A stretch of 64,000 nt of DNA from a virus, in the IMG/VR virus record IMGVR_UViG_3300006046_000001, positions 1-64,000 of that record. One strand, written 5' to 3'. The translations under genes were made by a program, and so were the position numbers. The first letter of the stretch is position 1. Each line of letters starts with the position of its first letter. Under the pieces are notes generated by a model. It made no database searches, was not told the DNA's origin, and was given only the letters and a program-made list of their open reading frames with translations. This document shows, in pieces, positions 40,088 through 49,297 of the stretch.

Positions 40088-40131
40088 TTCTGTTTTTCAA
40101 ATTTGGGCTATCGTAGGCCCATATATAATCG
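40086..40131 (+). promoter_or_regulatory. conserved intergenic motif copy 2 with perfect TATAAT
   Basis: AATTCTGTTTTTCAAATTTGGGCTATCGTAGGCCCATATATAATCG. TATAAT at 40124-40129. Starts at the stop codon of the upstream gene. Confidence 0.45.
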
Positions 40132-40187
40132 AAAACACGGCTGCCAATGGGCTGCCTAGGTTACGCCGGACTTTAGAGGGTTACGAA

Positions 40188-40574
40188 ATGCCATTTGGAC
40201 CAACTATTGCCAACGACATTCTAGGGCTGACTCTGCTCGGCTCTCCATTCACAGCTATCGGAACTGTGTGGATGGCGTTGTGCTCGAGCATTGGCAGCGT
40301 AGGATTGTCTGTTGCAGAAGTCCCAACAGGAACTGGCTATGCCCGTCAGAGAATCATATTTGGTGCTTTGTCTAATCGGAGAAGCACTAACACCAACTCA
40401 TTCACTTACCCGGCTGCTTCTACTCCTTGGGGAGACCTTCCTTATATTGGTTTGTATGATGCTGCAACTTCTGGCAATCTCGTAGCCTTCGGAACTATGG
40501 CAAGTACTAAGACAGTCGCCACTAGCGTAATCGTAGCTTGCCACATTGGTAGTGTTACTCTTAGCATGAACTAA
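40188..40574 (+). CDS. conserved small phage structural-module protein (family of unknown function)
   Basis: ILGLTLLG...VWMALCSS...EVPTGTGYARQRIIFGA...PWGDLPYIGLYDAATSGNLVAFG...TLSMN matches a pattern I recognise from small ORFs next to phage tail fibre genes. Confidence 0.5.
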   Translation: MPFGPTIANDILGLTLLGSPFTAIGTVWMALCSSIGSVGLSVAEVPTGTGYARQRIIFGALSNRRSTNTNSFTYPAASTPWGDLPYIGLYDAATSGNLVAFGTMASTKTVATSVIVACHIGSVTLSMN

Positions 40575-40575
40575 C

Positions 40576-43251
40576 ATGGCAGTCCGTTACTGGGTTGCCA
40601 GTGCTTCTGGTAACTGGGTAAACAGTGCAAACTGGTCCGACTCGTCTGGAGGTCCTGGAGGTAATTCAGTTCCAGGCATTGGCGATACCGCTATCTTTGA
40701 CGCGGGCGGTTTAGGAAGCTGCACCATAACTTCTGCTGTAGTATTCTCTTTCTCTGGCGTTACTCCAACTGCTAATGCATTGGAGTCTCTGCAAGCCAGA
40801 ATTGGATACACTGGCACTTTAGACTTTTCTAGTCTCGGCGTTACTATCAACTCTGTATCCATTTCCAAGCAGTGCGTGGTATCGAATCTAGACGGCACAG
40901 TCTGGTCTCTTCGAGATCCTTTGTTTATAGAGGGCAATCCTCTATCACTAAGGAATCTCAAGATGAGCACCTCTTGGACTGTCATCTGCACTACTGGTGG
41001 AGCTGATTACCCACAGGTTATTACCTACGCTGAAGTGCAGAAGGTAATAGGTTCTAGTACGCTGCCAGCAGGTAACGGTGGTATCAGTGTTTACAACGGA
41101 ACAGACTTTGGAACCAACACAAGAGTAGTTTTCAAACCTCTTACTGGCATTGTTGCTGTAGGAGCCTTCATAACGTGCAATGCCACTCTTGATGGAGGTA
41201 TTGTAGTAGGCTCTTTAGTTCCTCCTGACCTAGCTACTGGCCTTAGCTGTGGAGCTGATCTTGACGGTGGGGTAGTTCTCATCTATCCAACATTCGCTGT
41301 TCCAACAGACGTGAGCTTCTTCTCATATGGCTTTGAGCCGAACGTCTTTGGCGACTTCATCTCGAGCGGTCCAACAGATGGTTGGGTGATTGTCACCAAC
41401 AATCCTGACACTGGAACTTACTGTGTAGCTGGTCAATTCGATTCAGTAACACAGTCTCTTACTCTTCCTCAAGTGTTTTCAGCAGCTGGCACTATCACAT
41501 TCAGAAGAGCTTGGATTCAGCCAACACTTGGAACCTACACCTTTCTTATAGATGGAGTGCCCAAAGAGATACTTACTGAAGCAGATGCAACTCAGAGCTA
41601 TCAGACAAGAACGTATCCAGTAACTGCTGGAGCAAGAGTCTTTACGTGGCAATGGCTAGGTGATGCCAGCAATACTGTCGGCAACGGTCCTTACATAGAC
41701 AATGTAAGTTGCCTTCAATCAGTTTCAGTAGGAGGTAGTCTATCTCTAGTTGGCGGAACTGAATCAGGAGATGTGTTGGACTATAGAGATCCAGCGAAGC
41801 TGCTCTTGACCGTAGACGGAACTCCGATTGACTTCACTTCTCCTTACTTCAACATAAGAGACTTCAACTTCTCTTATGATGGTAAAGAAGTTACGTTTAC
41901 TGAGATACCAACTCTAAACTATGGTGCCTCTACCTTCAATGACGAAGATGAAGTTACCTTAGAGATGGATCTTGGTAGCGGAATGAAGACTTGGTTCCGT
42001 GGCAAGATAAAGAAGACAACTCACTCTGGTGCTAACAACAATGAAGAGATAGTCTACTCGTGCTATGGCCACCAGAACAACGCGGCTGACCTAGATCTGT
42101 TAAACGCCTATGGCTACCCGGCGGCGAGCTTTGTTAGTTATGTTGATGTGGCAGATGTCATCGCAACTATCTTTTCTAACAATGCTGCAAACCTCGCTCT
42201 GAACGGCATACCCTCTACCATTGGAACTCCCGGGACTGGGACTTTCAATGTCTTTACTTTGCAGAACCTCACCTTCGAGAACGAGCAGTTCACTACAGCT
42301 CTTCGGCAAGTTATCTCAAGGAACCAACCCACCAAGAGGCTGTTCTTTGATGATCTGCAGAACGCATGGTGCTTCCCAGATGTAGCTGCTGCAGACATCA
42401 AAGTCTTGAACATTGATCTAGCGAATGTAGATTCGCACAGCTACACATTAGACAGCACGAACCGGTTTACCGCACTGCTTGCATACACTACTCTCCAAGG
42501 CAATGCAGTCTACGACTCAAGAGACGTGATTGCTCTAGAGCCAGACTGGGCTCCTGGTCTCGAAGCTGACTGGACAGCAAGAAAGGGTGTCTCTGTTGCT
42601 ATTGCTAATCAGTTCGGTGACGCCTACGCAAAGGTGTTCCGAAAGTGGAAGATCCCTTCAAGCTCTACCTTCAAAGAGAACGATAGCGAACCAGTAGGGT
42701 TCTTTGTTCTAGTGAACTACTGGCGTAGACAAGTCTGGGTTCCTATCCAAGCGAAGATAGATCTAGAAGCTAAGACCATCTTTGCTCATGTACCTGTTAT
42801 CAGAGCAGGCAATCCTCACGTTCCAGGAGATGCGAAGGGACCGCTAGCAGCAGCCTTTGTCTACATTGACTATGACAACATTCCGCTAAGCGGTCCTGCC
42901 TTTATCAGGGTACCAGAATCTGGGTACACAGGAACTGCTTACGATCTGTATGGTGTTGCTAGACTCAAGAAGATGTTTATAGATCCGCAGAGCTTTGGGC
43001 CTATCAATGTCGCGGCTCAGCTACAGATCTTGAAGGATGTGTTGTTCACGGCAGAGCTGCCTCTGTTTGGTGATCCTATAGAGACCTTCGCCAATCTGCA
43101 ATGCCGAGTTAGGCTTACTGACACAACCAGATCAACCGGAGTAGACACCATCCAAGCTATGCTACTCAAGTATAGCTACACTTTTGGCAAGCCCGGAAAG
43201 TCGGTACTTTCTCTGACTACGGATAAGTCAATTGTTACAAGACTAGAATAA
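40576..43251 (+). CDS. large tail/baseplate protein
   Basis: 891 aa. The N-terminal YWVASASGNWVNSANWSDSSGGPGGNSVPGIGDTAIFD motif is typical of beta-strand-repeat surface proteins. Position is distal to the tape measure. Confidence 0.5.
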   Translation: MAVRYWVASASGNWVNSANWSDSSGGPGGNSVPGIGDTAIFDAGGLGSCTITSAVVFSFSGVTPTANALESLQARIGYTGTLDFSSLGVTINSVSISKQCVVSNLDGTVWSLRDPLFIEGNPLSLRNLKMSTSWTVICTTGGADYPQVITYAEVQKVIGSSTLPAGNGGISVYNGTDFGTNTRVVFKPLTGIVAVGAFITCNATLDGGIVVGSLVPPDLATGLSCGADLDGGVVLIYPTFAVPTDVSFFSYGFEPNVFGDFISSGPTDGWVIVTNNPDTGTYCVAGQFDSVTQSLTLPQVFSAAGTITFRRAWIQPTLGTYTFLIDGVPKEILTEADATQSYQTRTYPVTAGARVFTWQWLGDASNTVGNGPYIDNVSCLQSVSVGGSLSLVGGTESGDVLDYRDPAKLLLTVDGTPIDFTSPYFNIRDFNFSYDGKEVTFTEIPTLNYGASTFNDEDEVTLEMDLGSGMKTWFRGKIKKTTHSGANNNEEIVYSCYGHQNNAADLDLLNAYGYPAASFVSYVDVADVIATIFSNNAANLALNGIPSTIGTPGTGTFNVFTLQNLTFENEQFTTALRQVISRNQPTKRLFFDDLQNAWCFPDVAAADIKVLNIDLANVDSHSYTLDSTNRFTALLAYTTLQGNAVYDSRDVIALEPDWAPGLEADWTARKGVSVAIANQFGDAYAKVFRKWKIPSSSTFKENDSEPVGFFVLVNYWRRQVWVPIQAKIDLEAKTIFAHVPVIRAGNPHVPGDAKGPLAAAFVYIDYDNIPLSGPAFIRVPESGYTGTAYDLYGVARLKKMFIDPQSFGPINVAAQLQILKDVLFTAELPLFGDPIETFANLQCRVRLTDTTRSTGVDTIQAMLLKYSYTFGKPGKSVLSLTTDKSIVTRLE

Positions 43252-44744
43252 TGGCAAAGAAAGCTATCGTCAATCTGAAGCAGAAGGAGATTGCAGAATA
43301 TCTGCGATTGCTGCTTGATGCCATGAAGGCACTCACAGACAGAGTTACTAAGCTAGAGCAGAAGCAAGCTCTGAACCTAGACCTACCTCCTTTGCCTTAT
43401 GCTGGCAGTTCAACTTCTCTAGACCCACAGCGCTTTGAAGTAATCCATGTTACTAGTGTTGATCAGTACGGTACGAGCTTTGTTGGAAGACGCTGCCAGC
43501 CGATAAAAGATTCTCCGCATTGGGACGAAGATCCAGACCTACCAACTCCAGTTACAGTGTACCTTCCACCTGGAGTTTCAGTCCCTACTGTAGGTGATTA
43601 CGTCTCAGCTCTGTTCACTGGGACCTACGTAGACGGAGACGATGACTTAGGCAAGTATGGATACTTCTATGCCGAAGATGGTCGCCCAGGAAGAACCACA
43701 CAATTCAGAGCTGCTTATCCAACTACAGCTGATGCTAACATCTACGAAGTAGATACTGTACTTGGAGCCTTTCCACAAGCAGCAGGAACCTTTGGCGTTG
43801 GTGAAGCTTCAAGAGGAGTTGTCTTTGCCTGTCTGTGGGATCAGACTCCTGAGCTACTTCCCATTGGCACTGAAGTAATCGTTCACAAGTCGAATGGGCA
43901 GTGGTGGTTTACTAAACCTCTAGTGCCTGGAGAGATTGAGTTTACTCTCACAAGTGGATTCACTACACTTGCAGCATCAGCCGTAGTCACAGCAAGCTTT
44001 GACCCTAACGTGGTTGTTGGTGGGACAGTAACTATCCACGACGATCAGAGTATGTGGACTGATTCTATTACTGGCTGTAAGGGAAAGGCATGGCGGTCAC
44101 ACTACACATCTCTAGGAGTTCCTTACTATAGGATCAGAGTACTGCAGAGAGCAGTAAGGGAAGCCTTTGCAACTCTTTCTTCTAACCTATGTGCAGATAC
44201 TCCGGCAGTTACTTCTTGGACGGCTGTACCAATCGGTATCCACACGGTAGATCCTGGAGCTGGAACTTTAGTCAATAGTGAACTTCATAGAGCAAAGAGT
44301 GGAGACACTGTTTGGTTCCAACGTGCAAACAACTCTCCTACGTTCACTTGGGAAGTGAAGAGTGTAACCCCACACGCTCAGTTTGTGATATTCGGACTCA
44401 GAGTGTTTTCAGACGTATTGCAGAAGTTTGGTTCTCTTTGCAGATTAGAATACTGCGAAGACCCAACTTGGGTGGATGAGATCACTTTGGTTACAGCATC
44501 TTATGTAGCAGACTTGGATGGTAGTGCCTGTGACTTGGTTGCGACTCCGGGCTTTGCACTTGTCTTTGCGAGTACTACCGGAGCACCATCAACAGTGCTA
44601 GACTTCGACCAGATTACAGTCGTGACAGACGTCAACGTGGATAGTGACAGTTTGAACCAAGTCAAGAGAACAGTTTACGTCTGCAGCCCGGGAGAAGAGG
44701 GTGCAACAGTAGTCGAAGATATTGAAGATTGTCCGCCACCGTAG
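43251..44744 (+). CDS. tail/baseplate protein
   Basis: 497 aa with ATAATG overlap with the upstream gene. Called by position. No enzymatic motif recognised. Confidence 0.45.
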   Translation: MAKKAIVNLKQKEIAEYLRLLLDAMKALTDRVTKLEQKQALNLDLPPLPYAGSSTSLDPQRFEVIHVTSVDQYGTSFVGRRCQPIKDSPHWDEDPDLPTPVTVYLPPGVSVPTVGDYVSALFTGTYVDGDDDLGKYGYFYAEDGRPGRTTQFRAAYPTTADANIYEVDTVLGAFPQAAGTFGVGEASRGVVFACLWDQTPELLPIGTEVIVHKSNGQWWFTKPLVPGEIEFTLTSGFTTLAASAVVTASFDPNVVVGGTVTIHDDQSMWTDSITGCKGKAWRSHYTSLGVPYYRIRVLQRAVREAFATLSSNLCADTPAVTSWTAVPIGIHTVDPGAGTLVNSELHRAKSGDTVWFQRANNSPTFTWEVKSVTPHAQFVIFGLRVFSDVLQKFGSLCRLEYCEDPTWVDEITLVTASYVADLDGSACDLVATPGFALVFASTTGAPSTVLDFDQITVVTDVNVDSDSLNQVKRTVYVCSPGEEGATVVEDIEDCPPP

Positions 44745-44752
44745 TAATTAGT

Positions 44753-45241
44753 ATGACGTTATTTCGCGGCGAATTCGGTGGCTTGTTAAGAGGTCCTGGC
44801 GGCGGTCTTTCTGGTAATATAGACTGCTGTTGTGGTGCTAGAGTATGCTGCGATACTGCACCTGAGACTTCTGTGTTTGCTACTTTTGGAGAAGGGGGAG
44901 ACTGTCCTGGACTAGTAGACAACGGTCCTTGGGAACTGTTCTGGATAGGCGGTAATCACTGGAACTCAGGACCTATTGACGTAGGTAGTTGCAACTTCAC
45001 TATCAACTTAGAGTGCGTTGGTGGAACTACCTATCAGATGGATATCATTGCTGTTGACAGCGACACAATATGCAACTCTGCTTGTGTGATTACCTACATG
45101 ATGACCATCATCAGTTGCAGCCCATTTGATCTAACTGCTGCAGTAGGTCATCTATCTTCCGCTGCTGAAGATCCTCCTTGTGATCTTACATGCTGTACTG
45201 TTAGTACAGATTCATTTCCTGCTGTAGAAGTAACTGAGTAG
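44753..45241 (+). CDS. Cys-rich hypothetical protein
   Basis: Trimmed to ATG 44753 (MTLFRGEFGG...). Contains CCCGARVCC, DCPG, C..TINLEC, CNSAC, SC, PPCDLTCC clusters. Confidence 0.45.
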   Translation: MTLFRGEFGGLLRGPGGGLSGNIDCCCGARVCCDTAPETSVFATFGEGGDCPGLVDNGPWELFWIGGNHWNSGPIDVGSCNFTINLECVGGTTYQMDIIAVDSDTICNSACVITYMMTIISCSPFDLTAAVGHLSSAAEDPPCDLTCCTVSTDSFPAVEVTE

Positions 45242-45242
45242 T

Positions 45243-45632
45243 ATGTCTGTTCCTGAGACATGCCAATGTAGTAAGGCTGGACACTGTCCTGTCTTGAACA
45301 TTGTTATGTCTGGACGAAGGTATCAGATCTGCAAAGGTCAAGCTCTCTCACAAGAGAAGAGGGCTTTCTACCTTAAGCTCTGGACTAGGCTTCCGCCGGT
45401 TAAAGCTATCTCTTCAAAGCCTAAGGCACAAGCTCCGGTACCAGAAGAGATTATTCTAGCTGCAGAGAAAGCTGCAGAGCAGACAGGAATGCTTCTTGGA
45501 GATGTGTTAGGTCAGCTAACAGCAGCCGTAGGGATTCCTCCATGCGACCGATGCAAGAAGCGGATAGCTTGGATCAACAAGGCTCACCTTTGGACTGCTG
45601 ACTTTATCAAGTCCAGATTTAATCCTGCATGA
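45243..45632 (+). CDS. hypothetical Cys-containing protein
   Basis: 129 aa with CQC..GHC at the N-terminus and CDRCKKR near the C-terminus. No family recognised. Confidence 0.45.
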   Translation: MSVPETCQCSKAGHCPVLNIVMSGRRYQICKGQALSQEKRAFYLKLWTRLPPVKAISSKPKAQAPVPEEIILAAEKAAEQTGMLLGDVLGQLTAAVGIPPCDRCKKRIAWINKAHLWTADFIKSRFNPA

Positions 45633-47095
45633 AAATTGTGGTCGACCATGTATGGGCTTGGATAGAAGGTGCTCATCCTTCTCATATCATCCTGCCGGTA
45701 CTAAGCTATCTGGACGAAGGCAGGTTCTTTAATCCAGCATTCAAAGCTGGATACAGCGACGGAAGGATCAAGTACATTCAGTACGACCGCTCTAGGAAGC
45801 AGTACAAGTTTCCGGCAGGTCTTCTTTCACGAGTCACTAAAGCCCTGGACGAGGCTAACTTCCAGTACGAGTTATCTGATGATCGTATCTATGAGATGCC
45901 AGAACCTAAGCTAGTGTTGTTCGACAATCATGGTAAGCACACTATAGATCTGAGAAAGGGCAAGTGGAGCTTTCAATCGGACATAGTGACGTCTGCTCTA
46001 AGCCACGGTCGTGGCATCATCCACATGCCCACTGGAGGAGGTAAGACCGAAGTAGGAGCTTCGCTAATAGCTTCAATCTGGAAGCCTACAGTATGGCTTA
46101 CCCATAGAACCAACCTCATGTACCAGACACATGATAGGTTGGCTAAGAGGCTCCAAGTTCCAATTGGTATGGTGGGTGACGGAAACTGGGACATACAGTT
46201 CATTACAGTAGTGATGATTCAAACTGCTGTAACCTCTCTTAAAGAGGGACGAGAAGATCTAGACAACTTCTTGAGAGCTTGTGAAGTTATAGTAGGAGAC
46301 GAAGCACATCATGCCGAAGCCGATAGCTGGCTTGACAGCTTTGGTAAGATCCAAGCTCCCTGGCGGTTTGGTCTAACCGCAACTCCTCACTTGACAGGTC
46401 CTGGATTAGCTCTGATTGGAATGACCGGAGATGTGATCGCTTCGATCAGTTTATTAGAGCTGATCGAAAGAAGGGTTCTAGTAGTCCCTAGGATCTGGTT
46501 TTATCCTATCAATGCTCCTAAGCTGAACAGCAAAGTAGATTCTCGCTCAGCGTACAAGCAAGCTATAGTAGAGAACTTAGAGAGGAACGAAGCGATCTGC
46601 TCTATTGCTGACGTATTCAGAATGGAGAACAAGCCTTGCATAACTCTAGTGAAGAGGGTCGCTCATGGAGAAATGCTGTGTGATATGATGAACATGAAAG
46701 GCATTAGATCTGAGTATATCAGAGGCTCTACATCCAAGGCTGAGCGAGAGCTAATCTTTCAGATGCTACAAGAAGGACGCTTCGCTAACGTAGTAGCCAC
46801 AGCTGAGATCGTAGGAGAAGGAACAGACCTACCCTGGCTGAGAGCTTTGATAAATGCAACTGGGGCAAGAGGCGGCGGAGACAAGACAGAAGGTGAATCA
46901 GGCAGAGGTACCCTTCAGTTCCTTGGACGTATCCTTCGGCACTCGGAAGGCAAGTACTATGCTGACTACGTAGATATCGCAGATAGGACTCACAAGTCTC
47001 TGAAAGATGCGAGCCTTGCTCGAGTAAAGACCTTGCAGAGCGAGGGTTATACTCCGTTTATCAAGTACTGGAGCCATTATAAGGTACATGGGTAA
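45629..47095 (+). CDS. SF2 DEAD/DEAH-box DNA helicase
   Basis: Walker A MPTGGGKTE, DEAH (VGDEAHHAE), motif III GLTATP, motif VI LQFLGRILR. Confidence 0.85.
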   Translation: MKIVVDHVWAWIEGAHPSHIILPVLSYLDEGRFFNPAFKAGYSDGRIKYIQYDRSRKQYKFPAGLLSRVTKALDEANFQYELSDDRIYEMPEPKLVLFDNHGKHTIDLRKGKWSFQSDIVTSALSHGRGIIHMPTGGGKTEVGASLIASIWKPTVWLTHRTNLMYQTHDRLAKRLQVPIGMVGDGNWDIQFITVVMIQTAVTSLKEGREDLDNFLRACEVIVGDEAHHAEADSWLDSFGKIQAPWRFGLTATPHLTGPGLALIGMTGDVIASISLLELIERRVLVVPRIWFYPINAPKLNSKVDSRSAYKQAIVENLERNEAICSIADVFRMENKPCITLVKRVAHGEMLCDMMNMKGIRSEYIRGSTSKAERELIFQMLQEGRFANVVATAEIVGEGTDLPWLRALINATGARGGGDKTEGESGRGTLQFLGRILRHSEGKYYADYVDIADRTHKSLKDASLARVKTLQSEGYTPFIKYWSHYKVHG

Positions 47096-47131
47096 TTCTG
47101 TTTTTGTAATTGGGCTACCTTATGTATCAAG
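47094..47131 (+). promoter_or_regulatory. conserved intergenic motif copy 3
   Basis: AATTCTGTTTTTGTAATTGGGCTACCTTATGTATCAAG. Begins at the helicase stop codon and precedes ATG 47144. Confidence 0.4.
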
Positions 47132-47143
47132 ATTTAATGAAAC

Positions 47144-47587
47144 ATGGAAGTCCTTAGTGTCTCGGACGGTAGAACAGTACTACTGGTCCGAACTTATGAG
47201 CAATGCCGACAGGAAGCAGGACAGAAGGGCTACCGATGTTTGAAGCAAGACGGAACTCAACTTGAAGTAAACCCACAGATATGGAAGTCATTTCAGACAG
47301 TGCTTGCTTTCTTGCAAGCGGAAGGATTCCAGATCACCTGGAGAGAAGCAGCTTGGATAGGGTACATCAAGTATGTATTCCAAGCGTTGGCTCCTTCGGT
47401 TCCTCAACCTGGACAGTTGAAGAACAAGCTTTTGGTTAAGAAGTTCATTTCTAATTCAGGTGACTTCGAAGCAGCAGAGCCGGTAAGGACAGTAGAAGAG
47501 CTCAGCCTGCTTTACCAGAGAGTGATTAGGAAAGAGCTGCGAGACGATCTTTACGTCCAGGCCCTCCTTGGAATTCGACAGATCTAA
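47144..47587 (+). CDS. hypothetical protein
   Basis: 147-aa ORF. No family recognised. Confidence 0.5.
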   Translation: MEVLSVSDGRTVLLVRTYEQCRQEAGQKGYRCLKQDGTQLEVNPQIWKSFQTVLAFLQAEGFQITWREAAWIGYIKYVFQALAPSVPQPGQLKNKLLVKKFISNSGDFEAAEPVRTVEELSLLYQRVIRKELRDDLYVQALLGIRQI

Positions 47588-48003
47588 TGCCTGTCCCGAA
47601 AGAGAGACGAGATGCTTTCTTTATTACTGAAGCAACTGCAGTAATAGAGAAATACTCGATCAAGACACGCAGCAGAGGGAAGTATCTTGATGCACAGAGA
47701 TTTGGACATCTCATGTGTAGGATCTTAATCAAGATCTACAATTCAGATATTAGCCTAGATGCTGAAATCTGCTTTCGAGATTGGGCTATAGAGAACAGAA
47801 TCACTTGCAGTATGATCCTTAGTGCTGAGATGGATGGCGAGAGCAAGATCAAGCAGCCATATCAGTTCCGAGTCAATAGAGTTCACGAACAACTGTCGTT
47901 CGGTAAGTACTTCACTTTGTTAGAAGGACTGCTTGAACCCGACCGACAACCCTTAACCAGGAGAACACCTGTACGGTGGCTCCCTAAACTAAAGAACCAT
48001 TAG
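47587..48003 (+). CDS. hypothetical protein
   Basis: 138-aa ORF with TAATG overlap. No family recognised. Confidence 0.5.
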   Translation: MPVPKERRDAFFITEATAVIEKYSIKTRSRGKYLDAQRFGHLMCRILIKIYNSDISLDAEICFRDWAIENRITCSMILSAEMDGESKIKQPYQFRVNRVHEQLSFGKYFTLLEGLLEPDRQPLTRRTPVRWLPKLKNH

Positions 48004-49296
48004 ATGCCTGACAAAGTACTAAGCTGGGTTTGCGACTGTCTTAACTACGCTGAGGGCACTCGTAGCAGGACAGTCAAAGAGAACACGTTGAGAGGGTTCA
48101 AGTCTCATCCAGAAGGTGAGATCATTGTGAAAGAACTCTTGTCAGTAGCGTTGGACTGGTTTCGCCACTTCGGTGTAGCCACACTGCCAAAGATCGAAAG
48201 TTCTCTATGCCGAGGAGAGAACGAGTTCAAGCATTTTGTAGAGCTAGTAGCCAAAATGGAAGAAGGGCACTTTGGCAGAGATGTTGACTTCGTCATGGGT
48301 GTCCTCCACGGCTTTACTGAGAACGAAGCAAAGTGGCTTCGGCGCTGCCTGCAGAAAGATCTCAAGGCAGGCATTGGAGACACCACTGTCAACAAGGTGT
48401 GGCCTGGGCATATCAAGATCTTCGAGTGCATGCTAGCTGAGACTCTAGAAGATCCTAGCAAGCTCGGCTTTCCAGTTATTGCAGAACCAAAGATTGACGG
48501 CATACGTGCTCTATGCTTTATCAAGTCTGATGAGAGAGGTGAGTCGGCTACGTTCTGTTCTCGTGGTGGTACAGAGCTTTTTAACCTCAACCACATTAGC
48601 ACAAATCTCTTAGTGGAACTCAACGCAGCTGGAGCGCAGTTATCTCAAGGGTGGGTTCTAGACGGCGAGCTCTACTACCAGTCGTTGCAAAAGACACTGA
48701 GCATTACTCGTAGTTCAGTTGCTGAGATCGCTCAGGAAGAAGTCAAGAAGGTTAACTACTTTGTGTTTGACATTCTGCCGCTAAGCGAATGGCAGAGTAA
48801 GAACTTTACCACTCTTCAGAACACTAGGACAGACTGGATTCGACAGTGTTCTGCTTTCAAGAACGATAAGAAGTCGGCAAGTCCTATCAAGAGCTTAGAC
48901 TCAAGACGACTCAAGACTGTGGCTGAGCTCAATGCTTTCTATGAAGAAGTACTTCACGAAGGCTACGAAGGACTGATGATCAAATCACAATACGCAGTGT
49001 ACACTCTTGGCAGGAGTGTAGGCTGGCTGAAGTACAAGCCTTATGAAGTTGAAGAATTCAAGGTAGTAGGTTGGTATCCTGGGCAAGGTCGCCTTACTGG
49101 CAGCTTGGGTGGTTTCACTATTGAAACTGCTGACGGAGTTACTTGTGACGTAGGTGGAGGCATGACAGATGAACAACGAGATTTAATGTTCATACATAGA
49201 GATACCATGCCGGGTAGGATCATCAAAGTGAAATTCAAGAACAAGACAGAAGACAAGAAGCTTCGCGAACCGGTCTTCTTAGAACTTATCAGCTAA
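48004..49296 (+). CDS. lig: ATP-dependent DNA ligase
   Basis: Motif I AEPKIDGIRA (KxDG), motif III FVFDILP, motif IV EGLMIKS, motif V WLKYKP. Confidence 0.9.
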   Translation: MPDKVLSWVCDCLNYAEGTRSRTVKENTLRGFKSHPEGEIIVKELLSVALDWFRHFGVATLPKIESSLCRGENEFKHFVELVAKMEEGHFGRDVDFVMGVLHGFTENEAKWLRRCLQKDLKAGIGDTTVNKVWPGHIKIFECMLAETLEDPSKLGFPVIAEPKIDGIRALCFIKSDERGESATFCSRGGTELFNLNHISTNLLVELNAAGAQLSQGWVLDGELYYQSLQKTLSITRSSVAEIAQEEVKKVNYFVFDILPLSEWQSKNFTTLQNTRTDWIRQCSAFKNDKKSASPIKSLDSRRLKTVAELNAFYEEVLHEGYEGLMIKSQYAVYTLGRSVGWLKYKPYEVEEFKVVGWYPGQGRLTGSLGGFTIETADGVTCDVGGGMTDEQRDLMFIHRDTMPGRIIKVKFKNKTEDKKLREPVFLELIS

Positions 49297-49297
49297 T

